A stretch of DNA of 32,000 bases from Candidatus Kuenenia stuttgartensis (GCF_900232105.1 NZ_LT934425.1:2040001-2072000), one strand, 5' to 3'. Counted from the first letter of the stretch, positions 18,468-28,359 are shown. A program made the numbers and translations. The notes: generated from the letters alone by a model not told the origin.

Positions 18468-19127
18468 TTACATCCATGGCGCGAAATAATCAATATGATA
18501 CACATCAATTATCAACCAAAACAGCTTTGTCCATGCGGTAGTAAATTTCTGTAGTTTTTCCGGTTCACTTTTATATGCCTCTGCCAAAAGGTTAAACAAG
18601 TATTGATGAATGTACCCCCAGAGTGCCAGGTTTAGTCTCATGGGTATGTACAAATCCTCATTTCCAAAGATCGGAACATGCACTGCGCCAACCCATCTCA
18701 CATAATTCCAGAATTCCTCATCCCACTTGCATTCAACGATTTTCAGGATAAATATTTTTTGTCTTGCCCTTCGCACCTTTACGTATTCATCAGAGATATT
18801 CCCTGTTTCATCCATAAACCATCTTGACAACCATGGGTCATTAACCAGTTTTTCCCAATAGATATGATCAAGGATTTTCTCCAGATTTGGCGCAACAAAT
18901 TCCTCTACCGATTGCTTAATCGCCGCAGTATCCTTGTCATTGAAATCCAGGCATTTCGACATATATTCAAATCGCTTCATTATATCCATACTCGTATCCC
19001 TGTAAATATTCCATGCATTATTAAATGCCGGCACATCCAGGATACGGGATGATTTGCCTGTCGATCTTTTATTTTTTGCTTCCATTGGAAAAGTCTTCAT
19101 CCACGCTTCTGCCATTGCTGTTGCCAT
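18468..19127 (-). CDS. Protoglobin/globin-sensor-like single-domain protein
   Basis: NLEKILDHIYWEKLVNDPWLSRWF then WNYVRWVGAVHVPIFGNEDLYIPMRLNLALWGYIHQYL, resembling the globin-coupled-sensor pattern around the proximal His (IG..H...G......Y). Confidence 0.6.
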   Translation of the reverse strand: MATAMAEAWMKTFPMEAKNKRSTGKSSRILDVPAFNNAWNIYRDTSMDIMKRFEYMSKCLDFNDKDTAAIKQSVEEFVAPNLEKILDHIYWEKLVNDPWLSRWFMDETGNISDEYVKVRRARQKIFILKIVECKWDEEFWNYVRWVGAVHVPIFGNEDLYIPMRLNLALWGYIHQYLFNLLAEAYKSEPEKLQKFTTAWTKLFWLIIDVYHIDYFAPWM

Positions 19128-19812
19128 TACGTTACGCTCCTTACAACTAAGTTAAAAAAGTAAATAGTCCAAATAATCTCAAATAACAAAATAACCTTTC
19201 CACTGAATCTCTTCCCACTGCACCTCCTGATTAGTCTAAAATGTAATATAAATACGATATCTGCGTTTTGTAATAAGCAATCATCGTGCCTAAAAAAATC
19301 CATATTTTTGCCGATTTCTTAACTTAATAGCTACAAAAGATTTACGGATGTAATCCTCTTATGGCAGGCATAGTTGATTATTTAAAACACCTAGGGGAAA
19401 AACAAAAGAATCGAAATTTTTTCGGAGAATGCATTCCGGGATAAAAAAACAGCGAAATAATTTCGCTACTCCTGCCTTCTTAATTGGTGCTGTTTTCATA
19501 GGGTACTTTTTCGGTTTTTTGAAAAAAGGCAATTAGTGAATATTTGTAACAATTTAGTTTTTTGAAAAAGGCATGAGATTTTGATGTTTTTATGAAAACG
19601 CATGAATAAACTTTTGATACGTGCTGGATTTTGTTAACATTTAAAGCAATTGAAAAAGGCATTTTGCTTTACCAGCGGTTCTTATATCAAAATAACGACC
19701 CACAGAAAGGTTGCATGGCGTTTTCCTGCAAAGGTATCATAAAAAGCATGGAAACATTCTTTCTCCGTTTTTTTAGGAGAGTAAATAGAAAACGGAAACG
19801 GGAAATAATAGG

Positions 19813-20286
19813 GTGCTTGAAACGGTATATATTGCTTTAGGTGCGAATTTGGGCAATAGGGAGAGAAATTTAAGGAACGCTTATGAGTATATGAGTGCGT
19901 CTGAAGATATTCACACCTTAAAAATTTCGCGCTTTTATGAAACAGCCCCTCTTGGGGGACCTCTACAGCCGATGTTTTTAAATGCGGCTCTTGAATTGCA
20001 AACATCACTAACACCCCACCAATTGCTGGAAAAACTTCAGCATATAGAATTGCGTATGGGCAGGATACGTAAGGAAAAATGGGGACCTAGAACCATAGAT
20101 ATCGACATCTTGCTTTTTGGCGACAGAATTGTGGAAGATGATCAACTAAAAATTCCTCATCCCTTGATGCATGAAAGAATATTTGTGCTGGAACCTCTCG
20201 TTGAAATAGCGCCAGATATGGTACATCCCGTTTTAAAAAAAACAATACTTCAGATATATCAGGAGTTTAAAACTTTTAACCAATAA
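19813..20286 (+). CDS. folK: 2-amino-4-hydroxy-6-hydroxymethyldihydropteridine pyrophosphokinase
   Basis: ALGANLGNRERNL, FLNAALELQT, RWGPRTIDIDILLFG-like and IPHPLMHERIFVLEPLVEIAP; GTG start. Confidence 0.95.
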   Translation: MLETVYIALGANLGNRERNLRNAYEYMSASEDIHTLKISRFYETAPLGGPLQPMFLNAALELQTSLTPHQLLEKLQHIELRMGRIRKEKWGPRTIDIDILLFGDRIVEDDQLKIPHPLMHERIFVLEPLVEIAPDMVHPVLKKTILQIYQEFKTFNQ

Positions 20287-20289
20287 GGT

Positions 20290-21375
20290 TTGCGAAATTA
20301 CATGTTTTCAAGGCTGGACAGATACCTGTTAAAAGCGTTTTTCCCAACATTTTTTTTGTGTCTCCTCATTATTTCAGGCACATATGTTATTATTGACCTT
20401 CTTCAAAAGCTGGATGATTTTTTGGAGATGGGAATAAATTCATTTGGCGTTGCATCGCGTTATTATGCCTACCTCTTTCCGGTGATAATCACGCAATTTT
20501 TTCCTGCCATTACTTTAGTTGCGGTGGGCATTGTACTGGTCAGACTATCCAGAAACAAGGAAATACTGGCGATGCAGGTTGCGGGAATTTCACTATACCG
20601 AATATTGCTGCCCATATTTGTCGTGACGGTGTTTATGGGGTTTGCGTCGTTTGGCGATCAGGAATGGATTGTTCCCCGGTTTGCTGAAAAATTGGAGGCT
20701 ATGCAGCAAAATACCTTTGATAGCGACGTTCAACGGAACCTGCTTGTGCATGATGATGAAAACAATGCATTAATCAGAATATGGAAATATAGTAATAAAA
20801 CGCAAAAAATGGATTCTGTGTTTATCCTTTCGCGGGATGAAAATGGAAAGAAAAGATTCACCCTTAATGCAAAGAAAGCGGAATGGATTGGAAATAACAC
20901 GTGGGTATTAAGCAAGATATTAAAACATGTTTATGACGAACGGGGGAGATGGGTGGCTCCGGTTCATCGGTTGGATACGCTTGAGTTCGTATCCTCCGTA
21001 ACTCCATTAGAACTTGGAAAGAAAAAATTAGATTCCAGTTTGTTAAGCCTTGAACAGTTAAATGAATTATGCGAAAAGGAACCCGATAATCCGAAGAATA
21101 AGGTATTGTTTCATTCAAGAATTGCCTATACGCTTACGCATATTGTGTTGCTTTTTTTGGGAATACCTCTTGTTGTTGGGTTTGAAAGAATGAGTAAAAA
21201 CATTTTTTTGCGCGTAAGTTTGTGTATCCTTGCCTGTGGGGTGTTTTATGCGGTGTCTTTTATTTGTTCCAATCTTGGCAATACGGGAATGGTTCACCCC
21301 GTATTGGCGGCATGGATGCCCATTGTACTTTTTGGGTCTGTGGGAATATTCTTTTTTGATATGATGAATGCTTAA
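20290..21375 (+). CDS. LptF/LptG family permease (lipopolysaccharide export)
   Basis: LDRYLLKAFFPTFFLCLLIISGTYVIIDLLQKLDDF; central periplasmic domain and C-terminal TM helices typical of YjgP/YjgQ. Confidence 0.88.
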   Translation: MRNYMFSRLDRYLLKAFFPTFFLCLLIISGTYVIIDLLQKLDDFLEMGINSFGVASRYYAYLFPVIITQFFPAITLVAVGIVLVRLSRNKEILAMQVAGISLYRILLPIFVVTVFMGFASFGDQEWIVPRFAEKLEAMQQNTFDSDVQRNLLVHDDENNALIRIWKYSNKTQKMDSVFILSRDENGKKRFTLNAKKAEWIGNNTWVLSKILKHVYDERGRWVAPVHRLDTLEFVSSVTPLELGKKKLDSSLLSLEQLNELCEKEPDNPKNKVLFHSRIAYTLTHIVLLFLGIPLVVGFERMSKNIFLRVSLCILACGVFYAVSFICSNLGNTGMVHPVLAAWMPIVLFGSVGIFFFDMMNA

Positions 21376-22117
21376 TGCGATTAATAATTATGTACAGGCA
21401 TTATTAGACGTATTCTATCCGCGGATTTGCCTCTATTGCAATAGGAATATAAATTACCATTGCGAGCAGTATATTTGCGGTACATGCAGGAAAAATATTC
21501 CATTTGTAAATGAGAGACATTGTATTCGGTGTGGGAGTGTTTTAGGGCAGTATTCCGTCGCGTCTGAGGTAAAAGGCTGTGCTTTTTGCCGGTCAGAGCA
21601 TCTTTACCATGATTCATTAACGGCAATTGCATATTATGATGGTGCGATTAAAGCTTTAATACATAAATATAAATATGAAAGACAGCGTTTCTTATATAAG
21701 GCAATAGGGGACTTTCTGCGGAAAAACAAAAAACTTGGGGAACTTATGCGGGAAATAGATATTATTGTACCGGTACCCCTTTATTGGCGAAAGAAATTGC
21801 AGAGAGGCTTCAATCAATCAGAGCTTATAGCGCGTGAAATTCATCGGGCTTTTTTAACGCCTTTCTCCGTAAATAACCTTATCAGAATCAAAAACACTAC
21901 TTCACAAACAAGATTATCTAAAAGCAAAAGATATTCAAATGTCCAAAAGGCGTTTTTTATTAAAAACCCGGCAATAATGAAGGGAAAAAGGGTATTATTG
22001 GTGGACGATGTTCTCACTACTGGCTTAACCATGCGTGAGTGCGCAAAAAAACTGAAAAAAACAGGGGCCAAATCCATACATTTGTTTGTTTTTGCAATTG
22101 CAGAGTATAAGAATTAG
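21368..22117 (+). CDS. ComF family phosphoribosyltransferase-like protein
   Basis: N-terminal CxxC zinc motifs, DIIVPVPLYWRKKLQRGFNQSELIA and VLLVDDVLTTGLTMRECA. Confidence 0.93.
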   Translation: MLNAINNYVQALLDVFYPRICLYCNRNINYHCEQYICGTCRKNIPFVNERHCIRCGSVLGQYSVASEVKGCAFCRSEHLYHDSLTAIAYYDGAIKALIHKYKYERQRFLYKAIGDFLRKNKKLGELMREIDIIVPVPLYWRKKLQRGFNQSELIAREIHRAFLTPFSVNNLIRIKNTTSQTRLSKSKRYSNVQKAFFIKNPAIMKGKRVLLVDDVLTTGLTMRECAKKLKKTGAKSIHLFVFAIAEYKN

Positions 22118-22136
22118 GTATTCTGCTTTAATTTCC

Positions 22137-22164
22137 TTGACGGAAAGTCTTATATCAGTAAAAT
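22137..22164 (+). promoter_or_regulatory. Candidate sigma70-type promoter upstream of hpf
   Basis: TTGACG (22137-22142), 16-nt spacer, TAAAAT (22159-22164). Confidence 0.3.
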
Positions 22165-22212
22165 GTAAAGGTTTTAAGTGAATATTTTTTATTTAAAGAA
22201 AGGAATTGTGCT

Positions 22213-22572
22213 TTGGATAATATAACAATAGTTGCCAGACATTTGGATATTACGGAAGCAATAAGAAATTATGCCTTGCAAAAAGCTGAAAAAATAAAAA
22301 AATTTTTCGAATGGATTTTGCATGTACAGGTAACGCTTGACATAGGGGGGGATAGCAGCCATCTTGTCGAAATGGTTGTCAATGTTTCAAGAGGACCCAC
22401 GATTGTGGCAGAGGCGTCAAATACAGACATGTATCGTTCTATAGATATTGTTGTGGATAAAGTAGTTGCGCAATTGAAAAAACACAAGGGGAAAATAGAA
22501 TCTAAAATTGTTCGTCAAAAGAAGCATTCTATTGGAGAAGTCGCAGAATCTGAAGGCAAACAAGAGGTATAG
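22213..22572 (+). CDS. hpf: Ribosome hibernation promoting factor family protein
   Basis: NITIVARHLDITEAIRNYALQKAEKIKKFF... HLVEMVVNVSRGPTIVAEASNTDMYRSIDIVVDKVVAQLKKHKGK; TTG start. Confidence 0.9.
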   Translation: MDNITIVARHLDITEAIRNYALQKAEKIKKFFEWILHVQVTLDIGGDSSHLVEMVVNVSRGPTIVAEASNTDMYRSIDIVVDKVVAQLKKHKGKIESKIVRQKKHSIGEVAESEGKQEV

Positions 22573-22608
22573 AGGTATAAAAGAATACTTATTGGGGGTG
22601 CAAGGGTA

Positions 22609-23079
22609 ATGAAATTAACTGATTTTATTGTATCTGAGGCGATTATAACAGAAATACAGTCCGTTGAAAAAGAAGCAGTCATCAGGGAGATGGTATGTGC
22701 TCTTCGTGATGCGAAAAAAATCGATGCAAAAGATGTTGGAAGGATTATTGAAGCCCTTATGAAAAGGGAAGAATTAGGAAGTACGGGCATAGGCAAGGGA
22801 GTGGCCGTACCCCACACAAAGCATGAAAGTATAAAAAATGTTATAGGTTCTGTGGCCCGTTCTGCAAAAGGGGTCGATTTTAATGCATTGGACGGCGAAC
22901 CAGTATTCCTGTTTTTTTTGCTGCTTTCCCCCACCGATTCCACCGGGTCACATCTCGCCGCTTTAGAGAAAATATCTACCGCAATCAGAGATGATGATTT
23001 CCGTCGCTTTATGCGTGAAGCAAAAGGCATTGAAGGGATGGTAGATACACTGAAGGAAGTAGACGGTATTCAGGTGTAA
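22609..23079 (+). CDS. ptsN: PTS EIIA (fructose/nitrogen-type) domain protein
   Basis: REEGSTGIGKGVAVPHTKHE-like active-site His motif (LGSTGIGKGVAVPHTK) and EPVFLFFLLLSPTDSTGSHLAALEKI. Confidence 0.88.
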   Translation: MKLTDFIVSEAIITEIQSVEKEAVIREMVCALRDAKKIDAKDVGRIIEALMKREELGSTGIGKGVAVPHTKHESIKNVIGSVARSAKGVDFNALDGEPVFLFFLLLSPTDSTGSHLAALEKISTAIRDDDFRRFMREAKGIEGMVDTLKEVDGIQV

Positions 23080-23115
23080 TACTCAGCAGGGTGCTTTTAT
23101 TCCTCAATACCCACG

Positions 23116-23368
23116 CTGGCATAACCGGAACCAAACAAGTACTAAATAAAAAATACGAGGCACGAGGCACGAAGCACGAAACAAATTCCAAAATACAAAA
23201 TCCCAATGAACAAAACCGTAACACTTTAGTTTTTTGAAAAACCGGGTTTTTAAATAGTTGAAATTTAGAATTTGTTTAGAATTTCGTATTTAGCTTTCGG
23301 GTTTCACCATTAAACATTTTGCCAAAAAGCACGCACTGACGAATGGAAGTGTGCAAAGAAATTACTGA
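23116..23368. repeat. Left arm of a ~250-bp inverted repeat pair flanking the HPr-EI gene
   Basis: ctggcat..aaccaaacaagtactaaataaaaaatacga ... tgtgcaaagaaattactga is recovered as reverse complement at 25565-26090. Confidence 0.8.
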
Positions 23369-23520
23369 TAAGCTATTATGGCGAACGGCTGTCGGACTAA
23401 TTTTTTGCATGGCGACGGACAAGCTATCGCAAGAGTGAAAGAGCATTATTCTCCTGTTTTTCAAGCATTACCATTTATTTAGATACAGTATTTTATTGTA
23501 GTTTTGTAGAGAAGCGTATA

Positions 23521-25557
23521 ATGGATTTTTTCTTTGTAAACTCCAAAATATCTGAACGGAAAGTGAAGATATGGAATTCAAATGGCCTGCACGCGCGGCC
23601 TGCAACCAAATTTTCCGAAATTGCCAATAAATATACTTCTGAGATACGCGTGGAAGCAAAGGGTAAAAATATTGATGGCAAAAGCATCATTGAGCTTTTA
23701 ACGCTTGGTGCGGAAAATGGCACGGAGTTATTAATAAGTGCGAAAGGGGTGGATTGTGCAGAAGCGCTGGACGCTCTGGAAGAACTGGTGAATAGCAAGT
23801 TTGAAGAAGAATTTATGGAAATCCGAAAAGGCATAGCCGTTTCACCGGGGGTTGTGATCCGGCAGGCTTTTTTGTTTGAGAGCGAAGGCTTCCGGATACC
23901 ACGCCACGTCATAAAAAATGAGGCAGTTGAAGATGAGGTTTGCAGACTCGAAAAAGCGATCGATGCCTCTAAAAAAGAAATAGAGGATTTGGAAAAGAAG
24001 GTTTCTGAGAATTTAGGTTCTGAAATAGGGTCCATTTTCGGCACTCACAGAATGGTTTTGCAGGATGCACGGTTGAAAGATGAAATTATAAAACGGATTC
24101 GGAAAACCAACTTTACGCCTGAATTTGCAGTTTCTCTCGCCTTGCGTGTATATATCAGGAAATTTCAGGATATTAAAGATTCATACCTGGCGGAAAGGGT
24201 AACAGATATCTTTGATGTTGAACGCCGTCTTTTAAGAAATTTGTTGGGTGAAAAGAGGGAAGAACTTAAAAATCTTGAGGAAGAAGTAGTTTTAGTGGCG
24301 CACGACCTTACCCCTTCCCAAACGGCCATGCTTGATCCTCAAAAAGTGAAGGGTTTTGCCACCGATGGCGGAGGACGTACTTCTCATACGGCAATCGTTG
24401 CGCGTGCATTGGGGATTCCTGCAGTGGTAGGGCTTGGCACTGTTACCTCGGATGTTTTTGGAGGTGATATCGTAATTGTAGACGGAAACCGGGGATTGGT
24501 AATTGTCAGGCCAGACGATGAGACGTTAGCAACGTACCAAAGTAAGGTAAAGAGTATCGATGTTTTTGAGAAAAAACTGGCGATAGAACTAAAAGACCAA
24601 CCTTCCACCACGGCGGATGGAAGACATATTTCCATTTTCGGCAATATTGAATTTCCACGGGAAATAGGTGTAAATTTAAACTACGGTGCGGAAGGGATAG
24701 GCCTTTACAGAACGGAGTTTCTCTATTTGAATTCTCCAACGCCTCCGACAGAAGAGCAGCATTTGGAGGCATACACTACCGTTGTTCAGGAACTAAAGGG
24801 AAGACCTGTTATCATCAGAACGCTTGATTTAGGTGCAGATAAGCTGCCATACCTGGAACATAGAAAAGAGGGAAATCCTTTCCTTGGGTGTCGTTCTATA
24901 CGTTATTGTTTTGAAAACCCTTCCATATTTAAAATACAGCTTAGAGCCTTGCTGAGAGCCTCTGCTCTGGGAGAGGTGAAAATATTGTTTCCCTTAATTT
25001 CATCCATCCAGGAACTGAGACGGGCAAAACAGATGGTGTATGAGACGATGGAAGATCTGGACAAAGAGAATATTTCCTTTGATAAAAACGTCAAAATGGG
25101 AACGATGCTGGAAGTCCCCTCTTCTGTTATGATTTCAGACATGTTGGCAAAAGAATGCGATTTTTTTAGCATAGGCACAAACGATCTTATCCAATATTCT
25201 TTGGCGGTTGATAGAAACAACGAACGGGTGGCATATTTATATTGTCCTGTACATCCGGCGATTTTAAGGTTTTTGAAATTTGCGATAAAATCTGCACATG
25301 AAAATGATATTCCTGTTGGAATTTGCGGCGAAATGGGAGGGGAACTGGAATATACGATCCCCCTTGTAGGGCTTGGTCTGAAAGAGTTTAGCGTCGCTCC
25401 CGCAACAATCATACCCGAGATGAAAAAGATTATCCGGTCTGTTTCTTTTGAAGAAGCCAGGGAAGTGGCGGAAACTGTATTTAAGTTTGACAATCCGGAA
25501 AAAACCAAAAAATATCTTAATGATTTTGTAAGAAAAATTTTACCGGAAGTATATTAA
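23521..25557 (+). CDS. ptsI: HPr-Enzyme I fusion (phosphoenolpyruvate-protein phosphotransferase)
   Basis: N-terminal HPr domain with NSNGLHARPATKF and GKSIIELLTLGA (23521-~23814), followed in frame by EI: KGIAVSPGVV, GGRTSHTAIVARALGIPAVVG, FSIGTNDLIQYSLAVDR. Confidence 0.95.
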   Translation: MDFFFVNSKISERKVKIWNSNGLHARPATKFSEIANKYTSEIRVEAKGKNIDGKSIIELLTLGAENGTELLISAKGVDCAEALDALEELVNSKFEEEFMEIRKGIAVSPGVVIRQAFLFESEGFRIPRHVIKNEAVEDEVCRLEKAIDASKKEIEDLEKKVSENLGSEIGSIFGTHRMVLQDARLKDEIIKRIRKTNFTPEFAVSLALRVYIRKFQDIKDSYLAERVTDIFDVERRLLRNLLGEKREELKNLEEEVVLVAHDLTPSQTAMLDPQKVKGFATDGGGRTSHTAIVARALGIPAVVGLGTVTSDVFGGDIVIVDGNRGLVIVRPDDETLATYQSKVKSIDVFEKKLAIELKDQPSTTADGRHISIFGNIEFPREIGVNLNYGAEGIGLYRTEFLYLNSPTPPTEEQHLEAYTTVVQELKGRPVIIRTLDLGADKLPYLEHRKEGNPFLGCRSIRYCFENPSIFKIQLRALLRASALGEVKILFPLISSIQELRRAKQMVYETMEDLDKENISFDKNVKMGTMLEVPSSVMISDMLAKECDFFSIGTNDLIQYSLAVDRNNERVAYLYCPVHPAILRFLKFAIKSAHENDIPVGICGEMGGELEYTIPLVGLGLKEFSVAPATIIPEMKKIIRSVSFEEAREVAETVFKFDNPEKTKKYLNDFVRKILPEVY

Positions 25558-25564
25558 TACTTTA

Positions 25565-26090
25565 TCAGTAATCTCCTTGCACACTTCCATTCGTCAGTGC
25601 GTGTTTTTTGGCAAAATATTTAATAGTGAAACCCGAAAGCTAAATACGAAATTCTAAACAAATTCTAAATTTTAGTAACTATTCAGCGTAAACGATACAC
25701 GGCTCGTTCCCAAACTCCAGTTTGGGAATGCATTTGTTCGAGAAACTCCGGTTTCTCGCCTGTTTGCTGATAGATAGGGAATAAAATCACAGGGTTAAGA
25801 CAGTTTGTAATTCGTCAAGTCTGACACGCACTGGAAACAAAGTTTCCAGTGCAATTGTGTTCCCAAACTGTGGTTTGGTAACGAGTTGCGCTCTGATCTC
25901 CGGTAGTTTAATAAATTACGCTGAATAGTTACAAATTTTAACTATTTAAAAACCCGGTTTTTCAAAAAACTAAAGTGTTACGGTTTTGTTCATTGGGATT
26001 TTGTATTTTTGAATTTGTTTCGTGCTTCGTGCTTCGCGCTTCGTGTTTCGTATTTTTTATTTAGTACTTGTTTGGTCCTGGCTATGCCAG
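25565..26090. repeat. Right arm of the inverted repeat pair, interrupted by a nested 260-bp element
   Basis: Reverse complement of 23116-23368, split at CTAAATTTT|..|AAATTTTTAACTATTT. Confidence 0.8.
25675..25934. mobile_element. 260-bp MITE-like element with 17-bp terminal inverted repeats and AAATTTT target duplication
   Basis: GTAACTATTCAGCGTAA (25675-25691) and TTACGCTGAATAGTTAC (25918-25934); flanks AAATTTT (25667-25673) and AAATTTT (25935-25941). Confidence 0.85.
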
Positions 26091-26171
26091 TTTAAGAATG
26101 TATATCTTTACGGTAAAGTTGTTTTTTTCACCTCACTGTTTTATGAAGGATGGCTGGCCATAGGAGAAAAA

Positions 26172-26786
26172 ATACGCATTCGTTTTTCCAAATCGGGGGA
26201 TATTCGGTTTATTTCCCATAATGATTTGATGAGAACCATTGAACGGATAATACGAAGAGCAAATATCCCCATCGCAATGTCCAAAGGTTTTAATCCTCAC
26301 CCAAAAATATCCATGCCGTTAGCGCTTGGTGTTGGCATGAGCGGAGAAGATGAAATTTTGGAATTGGAGTTGCTCCATCATGAACCGCTTGAGTTACTGG
26401 CGGAACGGTTCCGGAGGCAATTGCCGGAAGGGATTCGCATTGTTTCGGCCCGGCAGATACCGCTATCGGAAAGAGGCGCTGTTGATAATGTGACATATAA
26501 GATTATTTTTAAAAATAAAGATATTCTGCAAACCTTAAAAATTGAAGATTTCTGGAATGAACATTCTATCGTAATAAAACGCATGAAAAAAGAGGTGCAA
26601 AAATCCGTAGAAATCAGATCTTCTGTTCAAAAAATCTGGCGGGAGAACGAAGCCCTGTTTTTAACTTTCCGATTGACGCCGGATGGTATGCCGAGGCCTG
26701 AAGAAGTCGTAAGTGCCCTTGGGGTCGATATAAATAACGAGCTTTTTGAAATTATCAGGACGGAAGTGGATATCTCTTCTGTATAA
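26172..26786 (+). CDS. TIGR03936/DUF2344 family protein (radical SAM-associated domain); track start at 26022 lies in a repeat
   Basis: IRIRFSKSGDIRFISHNDLMRTIERIIRRANIPIAMSKGFNPHPKISMPLALGVGMSGEDEILELEL; GGAG at 26163-26166 precedes ATA at 26172. Confidence 0.8.
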   Translation: MRIRFSKSGDIRFISHNDLMRTIERIIRRANIPIAMSKGFNPHPKISMPLALGVGMSGEDEILELELLHHEPLELLAERFRRQLPEGIRIVSARQIPLSERGAVDNVTYKIIFKNKDILQTLKIEDFWNEHSIVIKRMKKEVQKSVEIRSSVQKIWRENEALFLTFRLTPDGMPRPEEVVSALGVDINNELFEIIRTEVDISSV

Positions 26787-26789
26787 AGA

Positions 26790-28319
26790 ATGGAAAAAAC
26801 AACGAAAACGAAAACAAGGATGCTTATAAATGCGATTGAACCTGAAGAGTGTCGTATCGCTATATTAGAAAACAACATTCTTGAGGAATTGTATATTGAA
26901 AGAAGCTCACGTGAGCAGATTGCAGGGAATATTTACAAAGGAAGAGTGGTTAATATAGAACCAAACCTGGAAGCGGCATTTGTTGATATAGGGCTCAAAA
27001 AAAACGGATTTCTCCATGCTTCGGATGTGTTGGTTCCGTCAGAAGGAAAGAATCAGGGAGAAGAAGCGGATCCCCCCCCTGTAAGACACCATCGGATACG
27101 CGATGTTTTGCAACAAGGTAAGGAGATACTTGTTCAGGTAACAAAGGAAAGCCTTGGGACAAAGGGACCCAGTTTGACCACCTATATAAGTTTGCCGGGC
27201 AGATATCTGGTTTTAATGCCGGAAGTAAAGCGTTACGGCGTTTCCAAGAAAATAACCGAGGAAGAAGAGAGACAAAGGTTAAAGAAAATCCTTGAAAGCT
27301 TAAATCCCCCGAAGAATATTGGTTTTATAGTTCGAACCGCCGGTGTACAACAAACAAAGAGAGAACTACAGAAAGATTTTCATTATCTGTTGAAACTATG
27401 GAAGAATATCTGTAAAAAGTCGAAAGAGATTGACGCGCCAGGCGTAATTTATCAGGAAAGCGACCTGGTGATTCGCGTAATTCGTGATATATTTAGCCAG
27501 GATATAAATGAAATCATTGTAGATTCAGAATCTGTTTTTAAGAGAACACGAGAGTTCCTGCGGATAATAATGCCTAAATATGAAAAACAGCTTAAATTCT
27601 ACAACAAAGAGAAGCCATTATTTCATAATTTTGGAATTGAAAATGCCATTGAAGAAATAAACTCGCGAAAAATTCCGTTGCTGCATGGCGGATCAATCGT
27701 TCTTGAACAGACAGAAGCATTAGTTGCGATTGATGTGAATAGCGGTAAATATAAAGGGAAATGCGATCCCGAAGAGACGGCGTTCAGGACGAATATGATT
27801 GCGGCAAAAGAAATTGCACGCCAAATAAGACTGCGGGATTTAGGGGGAGTAATTGTTATTGATTTTATCGATATGCGGAATGAAAAACATATCCAGGCGG
27901 TTGAGAAGGCAATTGCGGATTCGTTGAAGAGGCATCGCGCAAGAACAAAGATGCTGAAAATGTCAAAATTTGGTACAATTGAAATCACCAGACAGAGAAT
28001 CCGGCCAAGTCTGAGAGACGTTTTGTTTGAAGAATGCAAATTTTGCTGCGGAACAGGCTACGCAAAAACAGTAGAATCTCTGTGTTTAAATATCATGAGA
28101 GATGTAAAATTTGCTTTACATTTACCTCAAGTCGTAAGGATTGAAATAACTTCAAATAATGACGTAGTCGATTATTTACAGAATCAGAAAAGAAAACAAA
28201 TGGCGGAGATTGAAGATGCGTATAACAAAAAAATAGTTATTTTTACCGATACAGCAAATGAATATGGCAAAATAGATATTCGTTATTTTGATAATAAGGG
28301 TGAACCCGTTACCGTATAA
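26790..28319 (+). CDS. rng: Ribonuclease E/G family protein
   Basis: S1-like N-terminus YKGRVVNIEPNLEAAFVDIGLKKNGFLHASDV; LVAIDVNSGKYKGK; GGVIVIDFIDMRNEKH; CKFCCGTGY. Confidence 0.93.
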   Translation: MEKTTKTKTRMLINAIEPEECRIAILENNILEELYIERSSREQIAGNIYKGRVVNIEPNLEAAFVDIGLKKNGFLHASDVLVPSEGKNQGEEADPPPVRHHRIRDVLQQGKEILVQVTKESLGTKGPSLTTYISLPGRYLVLMPEVKRYGVSKKITEEEERQRLKKILESLNPPKNIGFIVRTAGVQQTKRELQKDFHYLLKLWKNICKKSKEIDAPGVIYQESDLVIRVIRDIFSQDINEIIVDSESVFKRTREFLRIIMPKYEKQLKFYNKEKPLFHNFGIENAIEEINSRKIPLLHGGSIVLEQTEALVAIDVNSGKYKGKCDPEETAFRTNMIAAKEIARQIRLRDLGGVIVIDFIDMRNEKHIQAVEKAIADSLKRHRARTKMLKMSKFGTIEITRQRIRPSLRDVLFEECKFCCGTGYAKTVESLCLNIMRDVKFALHLPQVVRIEITSNNDVVDYLQNQKRKQMAEIEDAYNKKIVIFTDTANEYGKIDIRYFDNKGEPVTV

Positions 28320-28359
28320 TTTTTAATTCAGTTTTAAGACAAGGAGGAGAAATAAAGAG

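Noticed and set aside
24903-25508. 201-aa antisense ORF within ptsI
   Set aside because: Fully antisense to a strong conserved CDS; shadow ORF. The same applies to 22515-23030, 23493-24044, 27623-28039 and 28323-28649.
26022-26171. 50-aa N-terminal extension of the DUF2344 protein in the track
   Set aside because: Derived from the repeat arm (cgtgcttcgtgcttcg...), with no family similarity.
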